Shown one piece after another: positions 34,233 through 43,960 of a stretch of 64,000 nt of DNA. This DNA comes from Alphaproteobacteria bacterium. GTDB lineage: Bacteria > Pseudomonadota > Alphaproteobacteria > UBA828. A model generated the notes under the pieces. That model ran no database searches. It was not told where the DNA came from and worked only from the letters and a program-made list of their open reading frames with translations. Within the stretch, counting starts at the first letter, position 1. Each line of letters opens with the position of its first letter. Made by a program: the position numbers and the translations under genes. The stretch covers positions 960,001 to 1,024,000 of the forward strand of contig CBDCCI010000002.1 of assembly GCA_965214705.1 (NCBI GenBank). The letters are read 5' to 3'.

Positions 34233-34826
34233 ATGTTCTCAGGGATCGTCACCGACGTGGGCCGCGTGCGGTCGGTCGCCGAGACTGCCGGCGGCGGTCT
34301 CAGGCTGGAGATCGGGACTGCCTACGACACCGACACCGTCGCGCTCGGCGCCTCCATCGCCTGCTCGGGCCCCTGCCTTACCGTGGTGGACAAGGGGCCG
34401 GGCTGGTTCGCGGTGGATGTGTCGCGCGAGACGGCGGACCGGACCACGCTCGGCGACTGGCGCGCGGGCTCGGGCGTCAACCTGGAGCGCGCGCTCGCGC
34501 TTGGCGACGAGCTGGGCGGCCATCTGGTGACCGGCCACATCGACGGCGTCGCGCTGGTCGAAGGCGCCGAGCGGGAAGGGGAGTCGCTCCGCCTAACGAT
34601 CCGCTGCCCCGCAGAATTCTCGCGCTTCGTCGCCTCCAAGGGATCGGTCGCGCTCGACGGCGTCTCGCTGACGGTGAACGAGGTGGCGGGCGACGTATTC
34701 GGCATCAATCTGATCCCCCATACGCTGGCGGCGACCACCTTTCAGGAGTGCGCCGCCGGCCGCAGGCTCAATCTTGAGGTGGACCTGATCGCGCGCTACC
34801 TTGCGCGCCTTCATTCCGAGCGCTGA
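34233..34826 (+). CDS. ribE: Riboflavin synthase (alpha chain)
   Basis: MFSGIV start; VNLERAL, GGHLVTGH and KGSVALDGVSLTVN motifs. Confidence 0.95.
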   Translation: MFSGIVTDVGRVRSVAETAGGGLRLEIGTAYDTDTVALGASIACSGPCLTVVDKGPGWFAVDVSRETADRTTLGDWRAGSGVNLERALALGDELGGHLVTGHIDGVALVEGAEREGESLRLTIRCPAEFSRFVASKGSVALDGVSLTVNEVAGDVFGINLIPHTLAATTFQECAAGRRLNLEVDLIARYLARLHSER

Positions 34827-34835
34827 AGGGTCGAG

Positions 34836-35984
34836 ATGTCGCGCGCCGCGTCGTCCTGCAAGCTCATGTCCGTCGAGGAGACGGTCGAGGAGTTTCGCAA
34901 CGGACGCATGGTCATCCTTGCCGACGACGAGGAACGGGAAAACGAGGGCGATCTGGTCATTCCCGCCCAGATGGCCACGCCCGAGGCCATCAACTTCATG
35001 GCCCGGTACGGCCGCGGGCTGATCTGCCTCGCGCTCGGCAGCGAGCGGGTGCGCGACCTCGGCCTGGAGCTGATGCCCAAGCGCAACGAGTCCCGCCACG
35101 ACACGGCGTTCACGGTCTCCATCGAGGCGCGCGAGGGGATCACCACCGGCATCTCCGCCTCGGACCGCGCGCGCACCATCGCGGTCGCCATCGACCCCCG
35201 TTGCGGGCCGGACGATCTGACCTCGCCGGGCCACGTCTTCCCCCTCGTCGCGCGCGACGGCGGTGTGCTGGTGCGCACCGGCCACACCGAGGCGAGCGTG
35301 GACCTCGCCCGACTCGCCGGCCTCAACCCGTCTGCCGTGATCTGCGAGATCATGAACGACGACGGGACCATGGCGCGGATGCCCGATCTCGAGGCCTTCT
35401 CCCAGCGCCACAACGTCAGGATTGCGACCATCGCGGACCTGATCGCTTACCGGCTGCGCCACGACAGCATCATCCGGCGGGTGCGGGAGACCACGTTCAG
35501 CTCGCACCACGGCGGCGCCTTCCGCATGTACGTCTACGCCGACACGGTCCAGAAGGCCGAGCACATCGCGCTGGTGAAGGGCGACGTCTGGGACAACGAG
35601 CCGGTGCCCGTGCGAGCTCACGCCTTCAGCATCCTGGACGACGGGCTGGCCGACACGGCAAGCGAGAACACCGGCAAGCTCCAGGCCGCACTCAGGATGA
35701 TCGGCGAGCTCGGACGCGGCGTCGTGGTTGTCGTGCGCAACCCCTTCCCCGTGCGGCTCTCCGAACCGGCGGAGGCAGACGCGGACCACGAGGACACCGA
35801 GGGCCTGAGAGACTACGGCGTGGCCGCCCAAATCCTCATCGACCTCGGCGTGCGCGACATGATTCTGCTCCACAACACCCACTGGACCATCGTCGGGCTC
35901 GACGGCTACGGGCTACGAGTGGTCGATCAGCGCCCGATCTCGGACGAGGCGCGGCGGGCGTGGATGGTCGGCAGCCATGAGTGA
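34836..35984 (+). CDS. ribB: 3,4-dihydroxy-2-butanone-4-phosphate synthase with degenerate GTP cyclohydrolase II-like C-terminal domain
   Basis: DDEERENEGDL, FTVSIEA and RTGHTEA motifs; the C-terminal domain lacks the Cys zinc ligands. Confidence 0.92.
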   Translation: MSRAASSCKLMSVEETVEEFRNGRMVILADDEERENEGDLVIPAQMATPEAINFMARYGRGLICLALGSERVRDLGLELMPKRNESRHDTAFTVSIEAREGITTGISASDRARTIAVAIDPRCGPDDLTSPGHVFPLVARDGGVLVRTGHTEASVDLARLAGLNPSAVICEIMNDDGTMARMPDLEAFSQRHNVRIATIADLIAYRLRHDSIIRRVRETTFSSHHGGAFRMYVYADTVQKAEHIALVKGDVWDNEPVPVRAHAFSILDDGLADTASENTGKLQAALRMIGELGRGVVVVVRNPFPVRLSEPAEADADHEDTEGLRDYGVAAQILIDLGVRDMILLHNTHWTIVGLDGYGLRVVDQRPISDEARRAWMVGSHE

Positions 35985-36423
35985 GGGGCGGCGGGTCCTC
36001 ATCCTGGAGGCGCGCTTCTACGAGGATATCGCCGACCAGCTGGTGGCAGGCGCTGTGGGCGCCCTCGACGAGGCCGGCGTGGGCCACGAGCGGATCGCCG
36101 TGCCCGGCGCTTTCGAGCTGCCGGCGGCGCTCGCCATGGCGATCGCGAGCGGCCGCTACGACGGCTTCGTCGCGCTCGGTTGCGTGATCCGGGGCGAGAC
36201 CAGCCATTACGAGCACGTCTGCGGCGAGTGCGCGCGCGGGCTGGCCATGCTCGCCGAACGCCACCGCATCGCGCTGGGCTTCGGCGTGGTGACCGCCGAG
36301 AACCGCGAGCAGGCCTGGGAGCGGGCTGCGGTGGAACGGAAGAACAAGGGCGCCGATGCCGCCAAGGCGTGCCTCGCGATGATGGCGATCCGCGCCTCCC
36401 TCGGCGCGGACTCTCAAGGCTAG
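35977..36423 (+). CDS. ribH: 6,7-dimethyl-8-ribityllumazine synthase
   Basis: VPGAFELP, LGCVIRGETSH and NKG motifs. Confidence 0.95.
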   Translation: MSEGRRVLILEARFYEDIADQLVAGAVGALDEAGVGHERIAVPGAFELPAALAMAIASGRYDGFVALGCVIRGETSHYEHVCGECARGLAMLAERHRIALGFGVVTAENREQAWERAAVERKNKGADAAKACLAMMAIRASLGADSQG

Positions 36424-36428
36424 GCGCG

Positions 36429-36953
36429 ATGACCGCCGCCCCCGGCGCGGCCCAGGCCCCGACGCCACGGGGGCAGGGGCGGAGCAGCGCGCGGCTTGCC
36501 TGCGTCCAGGCGCTCTACCAGATCGAGATGTCCGGCCAGTCGGCGGACGAGGTAATCGAGGAGTTTCTGAGCCACCGCGCCGGCCACGAGATCGACGGCG
36601 AGCGCTACGCGGCGCCCCACCGTCGCCACTTCGAGCGCACGGTGCGCGAGGCCGCCGCGCAGGCGGACGAGTTCGACGCCCTGGTGGCGGCGACGCTCGC
36701 GGAGCACTGGAGCATGGAGCGGCTGGGCACCGTGGTGCGCGCGCTCCTGCGGGCCGCCACCTGCGAGCTCGCGGCCTGCCCCGACGTGCCGGCACGCGTG
36801 GTGATCGACGAGTACGTCGAGCTTGCGCGCGCCTTCTTCTCCGGGCGCGAGCCGGCCTTCGTCAACGGCGCGCTCGACAGCCTGGCGCGGCGTCTGCGCG
36901 CGGCGGAGATGGCGGACGGAGCGGACCATGACCGGCCGGCCCAAGAGCGGTGA
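36429..36953 (+). CDS. nusB: Transcription antitermination factor
   Basis: ARLACVQALYQ, VVIDEYVELA and FVNGALD motifs; conserved position after ribH. Confidence 0.93.
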   Translation: MTAAPGAAQAPTPRGQGRSSARLACVQALYQIEMSGQSADEVIEEFLSHRAGHEIDGERYAAPHRRHFERTVREAAAQADEFDALVAATLAEHWSMERLGTVVRALLRAATCELAACPDVPARVVIDEYVELARAFFSGREPAFVNGALDSLARRLRAAEMADGADHDRPAQER

Positions 36954-37917
36954 ATTCGACCTCATCGCCCGCTTCTTCGAGCCGCTGAGCCGCGCCGCGC
37001 CGGGCGCGTTTGCGCTCGGCAACGACGGCGCACTGCTGACGCCGCCGGCGGGCGCGAGCCTCGTCGTCACCAAGGACCTGATGGTGGCCGGCGTGCACTA
37101 CCCAGAGGGCGAAGAGCCCTCGGTGCTCGCGCGCCGGCTGCTGCGCGTGAACCTCTCGGACCTTGCGGCCATGGGCGCCGACGCCACGGCTTACGCGCTC
37201 GGCCTCGCGCTGCCTGCGGATGTCGGGGATGACTGGCTGGAGGCGTTTGCGGCGGGGCTCGCACTCGACCAGGAGACCTTCGGCGTCGCGCTGATCGGCG
37301 GCGATACGGTGGCGACTGCGGGGCCGACGGTGCTCTCGCTCACGGCCTTCGGTACGGTGGCGGGCAATGCCTGCCTCACACGCTCCGGTGCGTGTGAGGG
37401 CGACGACATCCACGTCTCCGGGACCGTCGGCGACGCGGCTCTGGGTCTGCGCGCGGTGCGGGGCGGCCTCGCCGCGTTGGCGCCCGAAGATCGTGCGGCG
37501 CTCGCCGCGCGCTTCCGCCTGCCCGAGCCCCGGCTCGCGCTGGGTGCGGCGCTCGTCGGTCTCGCTAGCTGCGCCATCGATGTCTCGGACGGGCTGGTAG
37601 CGGACCTGGGCCACCTCTGCGCAGGGTCCGGCGTCGCGGCGCGCGTCGAAGCGGATGCCGTGCCGCTGTCGGACCTGGCGCGACGTGCGCTAGACGAGGG
37701 CGAGGCGGCGATGGCCGATCTCGTCACCGGCGGGGACGACTACGAACTGCTGTTCTGCGCGTCGCCGTCGGCGCGGGGCGATATCGATGCCCTCGGCCGC
37801 CGCCTCGACCTGGCGCTCACACGCATCGGTGGGATTGAGCCGGGGCAGAGCGTTACGGTCTTGGGCGCCGACGGTCAGCCGCTCGTGCTCAGCCGCGCCG
37901 GCTACACCCACTTCTAA
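36928..37917 (+). CDS. thiL: Thiamine-monophosphate kinase
   Basis: EFDLIA, NLSDLAAMG, GGDT, DVSDGL and GGDDYEL motifs. Confidence 0.93.
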   Translation: MTGRPKSGEFDLIARFFEPLSRAAPGAFALGNDGALLTPPAGASLVVTKDLMVAGVHYPEGEEPSVLARRLLRVNLSDLAAMGADATAYALGLALPADVGDDWLEAFAAGLALDQETFGVALIGGDTVATAGPTVLSLTAFGTVAGNACLTRSGACEGDDIHVSGTVGDAALGLRAVRGGLAALAPEDRAALAARFRLPEPRLALGAALVGLASCAIDVSDGLVADLGHLCAGSGVAARVEADAVPLSDLARRALDEGEAAMADLVTGGDDYELLFCASPSARGDIDALGRRLDLALTRIGGIEPGQSVTVLGADGQPLVLSRAGYTHF

Positions 37918-38018
37918 GAGCATCACCAGCCGGTGACGTTGACCGGCCGGGGCCGGCTGGTCATAACTCCGGGCGCGGGCGCCTGCTGCGCCCGAAGCCG
38001 TGAGAGGGAAAGGGCGCC

Positions 38019-38714
38019 ATGATCGATCTCTATTATTGGCCGACGCCGAACGGGTGGAAGCTCACCATCCTCTTCGAGGAGCTCGGCATCCCATACAACG
38101 TGATTCCGGTGGACATCAACAAGGGCGAGCAGTTCGAGGCGGACTTCCTCGCCATCGCGCCCAACAACCGGATGCCGGCAGTGGTGGACCCCGAGGGGGC
38201 GGACGGCAAGCCGCTCTCGCTCTTCGAATCCGGCGCCATCATGCTGCACTACGCCGACAAGCATGGCCGCTTCATCCCCGCCGACGAGCGCGGCCGGGCC
38301 GAGGTGCTGCAGTGGCTCTTCTTCCAAATGGGCAACGTCGGGCCGATGCTCGGCCAGTGCCATCACTTCCGCAACTACGCGCCGGAACAGCTCCCCTACG
38401 CGGTGGAGCGCTACACCAACGAGGCGAGCCGGCTCTACCGGGTGGTGAACAAGCGGCTTGAGGACCGCGAGTGGGTCGCGGGCGAGTACTCCATCGCCGA
38501 CATGGCGATCTTTCCGTGGATGCGGCTCTGGTACAACCAGGGGCAGGAAATCGAGGACTATCCCCACCTCGGCGCCTGGCTGGAGCGCAACAAGGAGCGC
38601 CCGGCGGTGCGCCGCGGCCTCGACGTGATGGCCGACCAGATCCGCAAGAAGCCTGTGTTCACCGAGGAAGAGCGCTCGATCATGTTCGGCGCCAAGCAGT
38701 TCGAAGCGCGGTAG
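38019..38714 (+). CDS. Glutathione S-transferase family protein (YfcG/YghU-like)
   Basis: TPNG, PNNRMPA, FESGAI and YSIADMA motifs. Confidence 0.9.
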   Translation: MIDLYYWPTPNGWKLTILFEELGIPYNVIPVDINKGEQFEADFLAIAPNNRMPAVVDPEGADGKPLSLFESGAIMLHYADKHGRFIPADERGRAEVLQWLFFQMGNVGPMLGQCHHFRNYAPEQLPYAVERYTNEASRLYRVVNKRLEDREWVAGEYSIADMAIFPWMRLWYNQGQEIEDYPHLGAWLERNKERPAVRRGLDVMADQIRKKPVFTEEERSIMFGAKQFEAR

Positions 38715-38727
38715 GGAGGGAGAGGCA

Positions 38728-39345
38728 ATGATCGACCTCTACACCTTCGGCACGCCGAACGGCGTGAAGGTCTCCATCATGCTCGAGGAGGTCGGGCTCC
38801 CCTACCGGGCACACACGATCAACATCCTGGAAGACGAGCAGTTCGATCCCGAGTTCCTCAAGATCAGCCCCAACAACAAGATCCCGGCGATCGTGGATTC
38901 CGACGGGCCAGACGGCGAGCCGATCTCGCTCTTCGAATCCGGCGCGATCCTGCTCTATCTGGCGGACAAGACCGGCCAGCTGATCCCGGCCGACGCGCGC
39001 GGCCGCTGGCGGGTGATGGAGTGGCTGATGTTCCAGATGGGAGGCGTCGGCCCGATGTTCGGCCAGGCCAACCACTTTCGGCGCTTCGCCAAGGAGGAGG
39101 TGCCCTACGCCATCGAGCGCTACACCACCGAGGCGCACCGGCTCTACGGCGTGATGGACCGCAGGCTCGCGGAGCACGACTTCCTCGCCGGCGACTATTC
39201 CATCGCCGATATCGCCTGCGTCGGCTGGGTCGGGCGCTGGGAGTGGCACGGCATCGACTGGGCCGACTATTCGAACCTGCACCGCTGGTTCGAGACCATC
39301 CGCGCCCGGCCAGCGGTGCAGCGGGGGCTCAAGGTCCCGCAGTAG
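38728..39345 (+). CDS. Glutathione S-transferase family protein (YfcG-like)
   Basis: TPNG, PNNKIPA, FESGAILLYLA and YSIADIA motifs. Confidence 0.9.
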   Translation: MIDLYTFGTPNGVKVSIMLEEVGLPYRAHTINILEDEQFDPEFLKISPNNKIPAIVDSDGPDGEPISLFESGAILLYLADKTGQLIPADARGRWRVMEWLMFQMGGVGPMFGQANHFRRFAKEEVPYAIERYTTEAHRLYGVMDRRLAEHDFLAGDYSIADIACVGWVGRWEWHGIDWADYSNLHRWFETIRARPAVQRGLKVPQ

Positions 39346-39355
39346 GGGGTCGGGT

Positions 39356-39850
39356 ATGGCCGACCCCATCGCTCATCCGGCGGTGCGCCGGGTGCAGGCG
39401 GCGCTCGCCGAGGCCGGGTCGGGGGCACAGGTGATCGCGCTCGTCAGCACCGCGCGGAGCGCCGAGGATGCCGCCGCCAGCATCGGTACCCCGCTCGGCA
39501 GCATCGTGAAGTCGCTGGTCTTCACCGTCGCCGGCGCGTCGGTGATGGCTTTGGTCGCGGGCGACCGGCGCTGCGACCCGAAGGCACTGGGGCGCGCGCT
39601 CGGGCGCGAGGGGAAAGTCCGCCGCGCCGATGCCGACGCCGTGCGCGCCGCCACGGGCTTCTCAATCGGGGGGGTCGCGCCGCTGGCTCACGAGACGCCG
39701 CTTCCGATCGCGATCGACGCGAGCCTCGGGCGCTTCGAGACCGTCTACGCCGCCGCCGGCCACCCGCACTGCGTCTTCGCGACCACGATCGACGAGCTTC
39801 AGCGCCTCACCGACGGGACGGTCACGGGGGAGATTGCCGTCGAACAGTAG
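39356..39850 (+). CDS. YbaK/EbsC family aminoacyl-tRNA deacylase-like protein
   Basis: IVKSLVF, TGFSIGGVAP and AAAG motifs. Confidence 0.88.
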   Translation: MADPIAHPAVRRVQAALAEAGSGAQVIALVSTARSAEDAAASIGTPLGSIVKSLVFTVAGASVMALVAGDRRCDPKALGRALGREGKVRRADADAVRAATGFSIGGVAPLAHETPLPIAIDASLGRFETVYAAAGHPHCVFATTIDELQRLTDGTVTGEIAVEQ

Positions 39851-39863
39851 AATTTTCGGCGGG

Positions 39864-40493
39864 TCAGTTTTCAGGCGGATTCCTCATCAGGTGGGCAAGC
39901 GAGGCGGCCTCTTGCCCCAAGCCGTCGCTCTCGACGTGCCCCGCGGCCCGCAGACGAACTTGGTCTTCCTTGTTCTGATTGAGCTTCCAGGTGCCTTCCA
40001 CGCTCTCCACCGAGAGTTCGACCGGCATGATCGAGCGCATCAGCTCGGAAAGCTGGTCTGGCGACACCTTGGCCGGCGTCCAAGGAAGCTTGGGTCGAAG
40101 CTCGTTCTCGAACCGGGCCGACAGCGCGTCGAGGTGAGCGCGAAGAGTCTCAACCGGGCGGCGTCGGAGCGTGCCCCGGATGTGCACGGCCACATAGTTC
40201 CACGTCGGAACCTGATCCACCGTATCGGTGCCGTACCAGTCCGGCGAGACGTAGCTGTCCGGTCCACTGATCGCCAACACGGCTGCGCATTCCTTCTCAC
40301 GCAAGTGCCGCGCGATCGGATTCCCACGAACGAGATGGGCATGAACCGCCGCGCCGTCTTCGACCAGAATGAACGGAATGTGGCTGACGAGCGGGCCCGC
40401 ACCGTCGATGGCCAGGACGCCGAACCCGCGTTGCGCGGCGAACCTCAGGTTCCGGTCTCGGGAGACTCGCCGGAAGGCGGGATTGCTGTGCAC
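39864..40493 (-). CDS. FMN-binding negative transcriptional regulator (PaiB-like)
   Basis: SHIPF, GPDSYVSPDWY, VPTWNY and KLNQNK motifs. Confidence 0.88.
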   Translation of the reverse strand: MHSNPAFRRVSRDRNLRFAAQRGFGVLAIDGAGPLVSHIPFILVEDGAAVHAHLVRGNPIARHLREKECAAVLAISGPDSYVSPDWYGTDTVDQVPTWNYVAVHIRGTLRRRPVETLRAHLDALSARFENELRPKLPWTPAKVSPDQLSELMRSIMPVELSVESVEGTWKLNQNKEDQVRLRAAGHVESDGLGQEAASLAHLMRNPPEN

Positions 40494-40552
40494 CGAACTT
40501 CGGTTGCTCCTGCCTCAAGATCGCCGACGCGCGGCCGAGAGCATGCCGCCAG

Positions 40553-41365
40553 CTATTCCAGCACCGGAATAGCGGTGAGGTAATCGAACAGCGCCTTGGC
40601 GATGCGCTGGCGCTCGTCCTCGGCCAGGCGGTCGGAGAGGGGCGGCATCGTCGTCTCCTCGAACACGGAGAGCGGTGCCAGGACCGCGCTCACGAACACC
40701 GCCTCTTCGTAGCCCTTGGTGATCTCCGCGAGGTTGCCCACGTGCTTCTCGCCGCCGAAACCGTTCACCAAGTGGCATCTCAGGCAGTGCTCTTTGGCGA
40801 GCGCCGCACCCTCGTGAAGGCGGGCGTCAAGCCCTTCGGGCAGCAGCGCTGCATCCGAAAGCGTGACGAGATTGGCCTCGGCTATCTGATAAATCCATGT
40901 GCCCGGACCCTCGTCGATCAGGGCGGGGTTCCCGATATTGTCCCAGACCAGGTAGTAGGGCCCGAGCGGCACGTCGGTCTGGTTCTGCAAGAGATTGTCG
41001 ACCGTAAACGGCGACCCGTCTCCCAGCGCGAAGACGAAGAAGGCATCCACCGTCTGGAAGCGGTCGGCGGCGACGCGCAAGACGTAGCCGTCCAGGGCGC
41101 GGAGCTCGACGGTTTCGGCCTGGCTCGCCCAGTCAGCACCGAAAAGCCGCGCCAGCACATCCACGGCCGGGTAGCCCACGTAGTCGACGGTGACGTGATC
41201 GTCGCCTACGCTCAGATGCGGCTCGTAGACCGTGACCGTCTCGGCCAGGGCGCCCATCTGGGCCTCAAGGTCGTCGACGGCAGGCATCTCCACCGCACGA
41301 AGGGGGGAAGCCGCCAGCAGAGCCAACCCGAGCACGGCGCCAAGCAAGGTGAACCGTGGATGCAT
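40553..41365 (-). CDS. Exported c-type cytochrome with uncharacterised N-terminal domain
   Basis: Signal peptide; ALDGY...LGPYYLVW domain; single CLRCH heme motif with distal TTMPP. Confidence 0.75.
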   Translation of the reverse strand: MHPRFTLLGAVLGLALLAASPLRAVEMPAVDDLEAQMGALAETVTVYEPHLSVGDDHVTVDYVGYPAVDVLARLFGADWASQAETVELRALDGYVLRVAADRFQTVDAFFVFALGDGSPFTVDNLLQNQTDVPLGPYYLVWDNIGNPALIDEGPGTWIYQIAEANLVTLSDAALLPEGLDARLHEGAALAKEHCLRCHLVNGFGGEKHVGNLAEITKGYEEAVFVSAVLAPLSVFEETTMPPLSDRLAEDERQRIAKALFDYLTAIPVLE

Positions 41366-41524
41366 CGCTTTCTCTCCCTGTCCAAGAAAGCGCCCGCCTG
41401 GACGATGGACGGGCCGGCCCGCATCGTAGGGGCCCCGCCGGGTCTTTCTCAACTGCGTCTCCGCCTTACATCGGGGCTTCGATCTGATATGTCTCCGGGG
41501 CGCAGTGCGCGGCGGGAGGAGGCG

Positions 41525-42808
41525 ATGGCGGCAAAGGCGGCAGCCGAAATGCGCCGGAACCGGGGGTTTCCCCAGGCCAGCCGGCCCTGGGACGACCTCA
41601 AGGCCGAGATGCTGGCGGCGCACGCCGACGACAACCCCTGGTGCCACGAGCGAAGCTTCGCCGCCGCCTACTTCGCGGGCGAGGACCTGTTGCGTTGCGC
41701 GCACGAGGCCTACGACGTCCACCGGGACGAGAACGGCCTCTTCGCCGCGAGCGCCTATCCGAGCCTCGCGGCCTGCGAGCGCGAGCTGATCGCGGGCGTG
41801 CTCGACCTCCTGCACGCGCCGGAGGGCGCCGGCGGCTCCACCACCGCCGGCGGTACGGAAAGCATCCTCATGGCGATGAAGGCCGCGCGGGACTGGGCGC
41901 GGGAGCACCGCCCAGTCGCCGGCGTGCCCGAGGTGGTGGTGCCGAAGACGGCGCACGCCGCCTTCGACAAGGGCGCCGCCTGGCTCGGCATGAAGGTCGG
42001 GCGCATGTCCCGCAGCGAGGACTGGCGCGCCGATGTCGCCGGCATGGCCGCCGCGATTACCGAGAACACGGTCATGATCGCGGGCTCCGCGCCGCCCTAC
42101 CCTTACGGCGAGACCGACCCCATCGAGGAGATCGCGGCGCTCGCCCAGGCACACGATCTCTGGATGCACTCGGACGGCTGCATCGGCGGCATGATCCTGC
42201 CCTTCATGACGATGCTGGGCGAGCCGATCCCGCCGTTCGACTTCACCGTCCCCGGCGTCACCTCGATGTCGGTGGACATGCACAAGTTCGGCTACGCCCA
42301 CAAGGGCATCTCGCTCTGCCTGCTGCGCGACAAGGCACTGGAGCGCTACCACCGCACAACCTTCGACGGCTGGCCCGCCGGCACCTACTCGACGCCCACG
42401 ATTACCGGCACCCGCTCTGGCGGCGGGGTCGCAAGCGCCTGGGCGGTGATGACCACGCTGGGGGAGGAGGGCTACCTCCGCATTTACGAGACCCAGCGGC
42501 GCATCCGCGAGCGGCTGGTGGACGGCATCGGCGCGATCGAGGGGCTTGCCGTGCTCGGCCGCCCGCATGCGCTCCACGTCACGTTCTATGCCGAGGGCTT
42601 CGATATCTTCGCAGTGGAAGAGGGGACGGCGGCGCGCGGCTGGCGCTCGATCCGCATGCGCGAGCCGGATTCCATCCTGCTCTGGCTCAACATGAAGCAC
42701 GCGGAGAGCATCGACGCCTATCTCGCCGACCTTGCCGAGGTCACGGCGGACGTCCGCTCCGGCGGCCTCACCGCGGCGACGCGCGGCGCCTCCAGCTATG
42801 CCACCTGA
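41525..42808 (+). CDS. PLP-dependent decarboxylase/lyase, sphingosine-1-phosphate lyase-like
   Basis: GGTESILMAMKAARD, AHAAFDK, HSDGCIGG and SMSVDMHKFGY (PLP Lys) motifs. Confidence 0.8.
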   Translation: MAAKAAAEMRRNRGFPQASRPWDDLKAEMLAAHADDNPWCHERSFAAAYFAGEDLLRCAHEAYDVHRDENGLFAASAYPSLAACERELIAGVLDLLHAPEGAGGSTTAGGTESILMAMKAARDWAREHRPVAGVPEVVVPKTAHAAFDKGAAWLGMKVGRMSRSEDWRADVAGMAAAITENTVMIAGSAPPYPYGETDPIEEIAALAQAHDLWMHSDGCIGGMILPFMTMLGEPIPPFDFTVPGVTSMSVDMHKFGYAHKGISLCLLRDKALERYHRTTFDGWPAGTYSTPTITGTRSGGGVASAWAVMTTLGEEGYLRIYETQRRIRERLVDGIGAIEGLAVLGRPHALHVTFYAEGFDIFAVEEGTAARGWRSIRMREPDSILLWLNMKHAESIDAYLADLAEVTADVRSGGLTAATRGASSYAT

Positions 42809-42832
42809 TAACGGCCGACGGCGGGGCTGGCC

Positions 42833-43960
42833 GTGAGCCGCACCGTCGACTGCAACTTCGACGGCGGCAACATCCGCTGCCTCGCCCTGCCCAAGACCGG
42901 CCCGATCAGGCTCGAAATCGTGCCCGACGAAGGCGGAGCGTTCTTCCAGTGGTTCTATTTCCGGCTGCGCGGCGCGGCGGGTGAGGACTGCGTGCTCCGG
43001 ATCGAGAACGCCGCCGGCGCCACCTACCCCGAGGGCTGGAAGGGCTACCGGGCCGTTGCGTCGGAGGATGGCGAGGACTGGCTGCGGGTCGCGACCGAGT
43101 ACGACGGCACGGTGCTGACCATCCGGCACCGCCCCGCCGGAGACGAGGTGCGCTTCGCCTACTTCGCGCCTTACCCGATGGCGCGTCATGCGTCGCTTAT
43201 CGCGCGCATCGGGCGTTCGCCCCTGGTCGCCGTGCGCCGGCTCGGCACCACCCTCGACGGCGCGCCGCTCGACCTGCTGGAGATCGGTGGGGCACGGGAG
43301 CGAACCTGCTGGATCATCGGGCGCCAGCATCCGGGCGAGACCATGGCCGAGTGGTGGATGGAGGGGTTTCTCGACGGGCTGCTGGACCCCTTCGACGCCG
43401 CCGCCCGCACGCTGCTGGAGAAGGCGCGCTTCTACGTGGTGCCCAACATGAACCCCGATGGCAGCAGCCGCGGCCATCTCAGGACCAACGCGGCGGGCGT
43501 CAACCTCAACCGCGCCTGGGCCGAGCCCAGCATGAAGGAGAGCCCGGAGGTCTATCTCGTCGGTGCCGAGATGGCGCGCACCGGGGTCGACTTCTGCCTC
43601 GACGTCCACGGCGACGAGGCGCTCCCCTACGCCTTCATCGCCGGGCCCGAGGGCATCCCGTCTTACACGCACGCGCTGGCGCAGAAGCAGGCGCGCTTCC
43701 AAGATGCGCTCGCGGCGGCAAACCCCGACTTCCAGACCGAATACGGCTATCCGCCAACGCCGCCCGGCAAGGCCAACCTCGGCATTTGCGCCAACTACGT
43801 GGCGGAGACCTACGGTTGCCTCGCCATGACCCTGGAGCAGCCCTTCAAGGACGCGGCCAACGCGCCCGATCCCCGCCACGGCTGGTCGCCGGCGCACTGC
43901 CGCAGGCTCGGCCACGGCTGCGTGGAGGCGCTCGCCGCCGTCATCGATACGCTACGCTGA
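42833..43960 (+). CDS. M14 family cytosolic carboxypeptidase
   Basis: FDGGNI, QHPGE, PNMNPDG, NLNR, DVHG and TLEQPFKD motifs. Confidence 0.9.
   Translation: MSRTVDCNFDGGNIRCLALPKTGPIRLEIVPDEGGAFFQWFYFRLRGAAGEDCVLRIENAAGATYPEGWKGYRAVASEDGEDWLRVATEYDGTVLTIRHRPAGDEVRFAYFAPYPMARHASLIARIGRSPLVAVRRLGTTLDGAPLDLLEIGGARERTCWIIGRQHPGETMAEWWMEGFLDGLLDPFDAAARTLLEKARFYVVPNMNPDGSSRGHLRTNAAGVNLNRAWAEPSMKESPEVYLVGAEMARTGVDFCLDVHGDEALPYAFIAGPEGIPSYTHALAQKQARFQDALAAANPDFQTEYGYPPTPPGKANLGICANYVAETYGCLAMTLEQPFKDAANAPDPRHGWSPAHCRRLGHGCVEALAAVIDTLR

Noticed and set aside
35450-35984. Degenerate GTP cyclohydrolase II domain on RibB
   Set aside because: This RibBX-type architecture is already well known in proteobacteria.
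40553-43915. 1120-aa minus-strand ORF
   Set aside because: Only the last 270 aa (from ATG 41365) look real; the rest is antisense to the PLP enzyme and carboxypeptidase genes.
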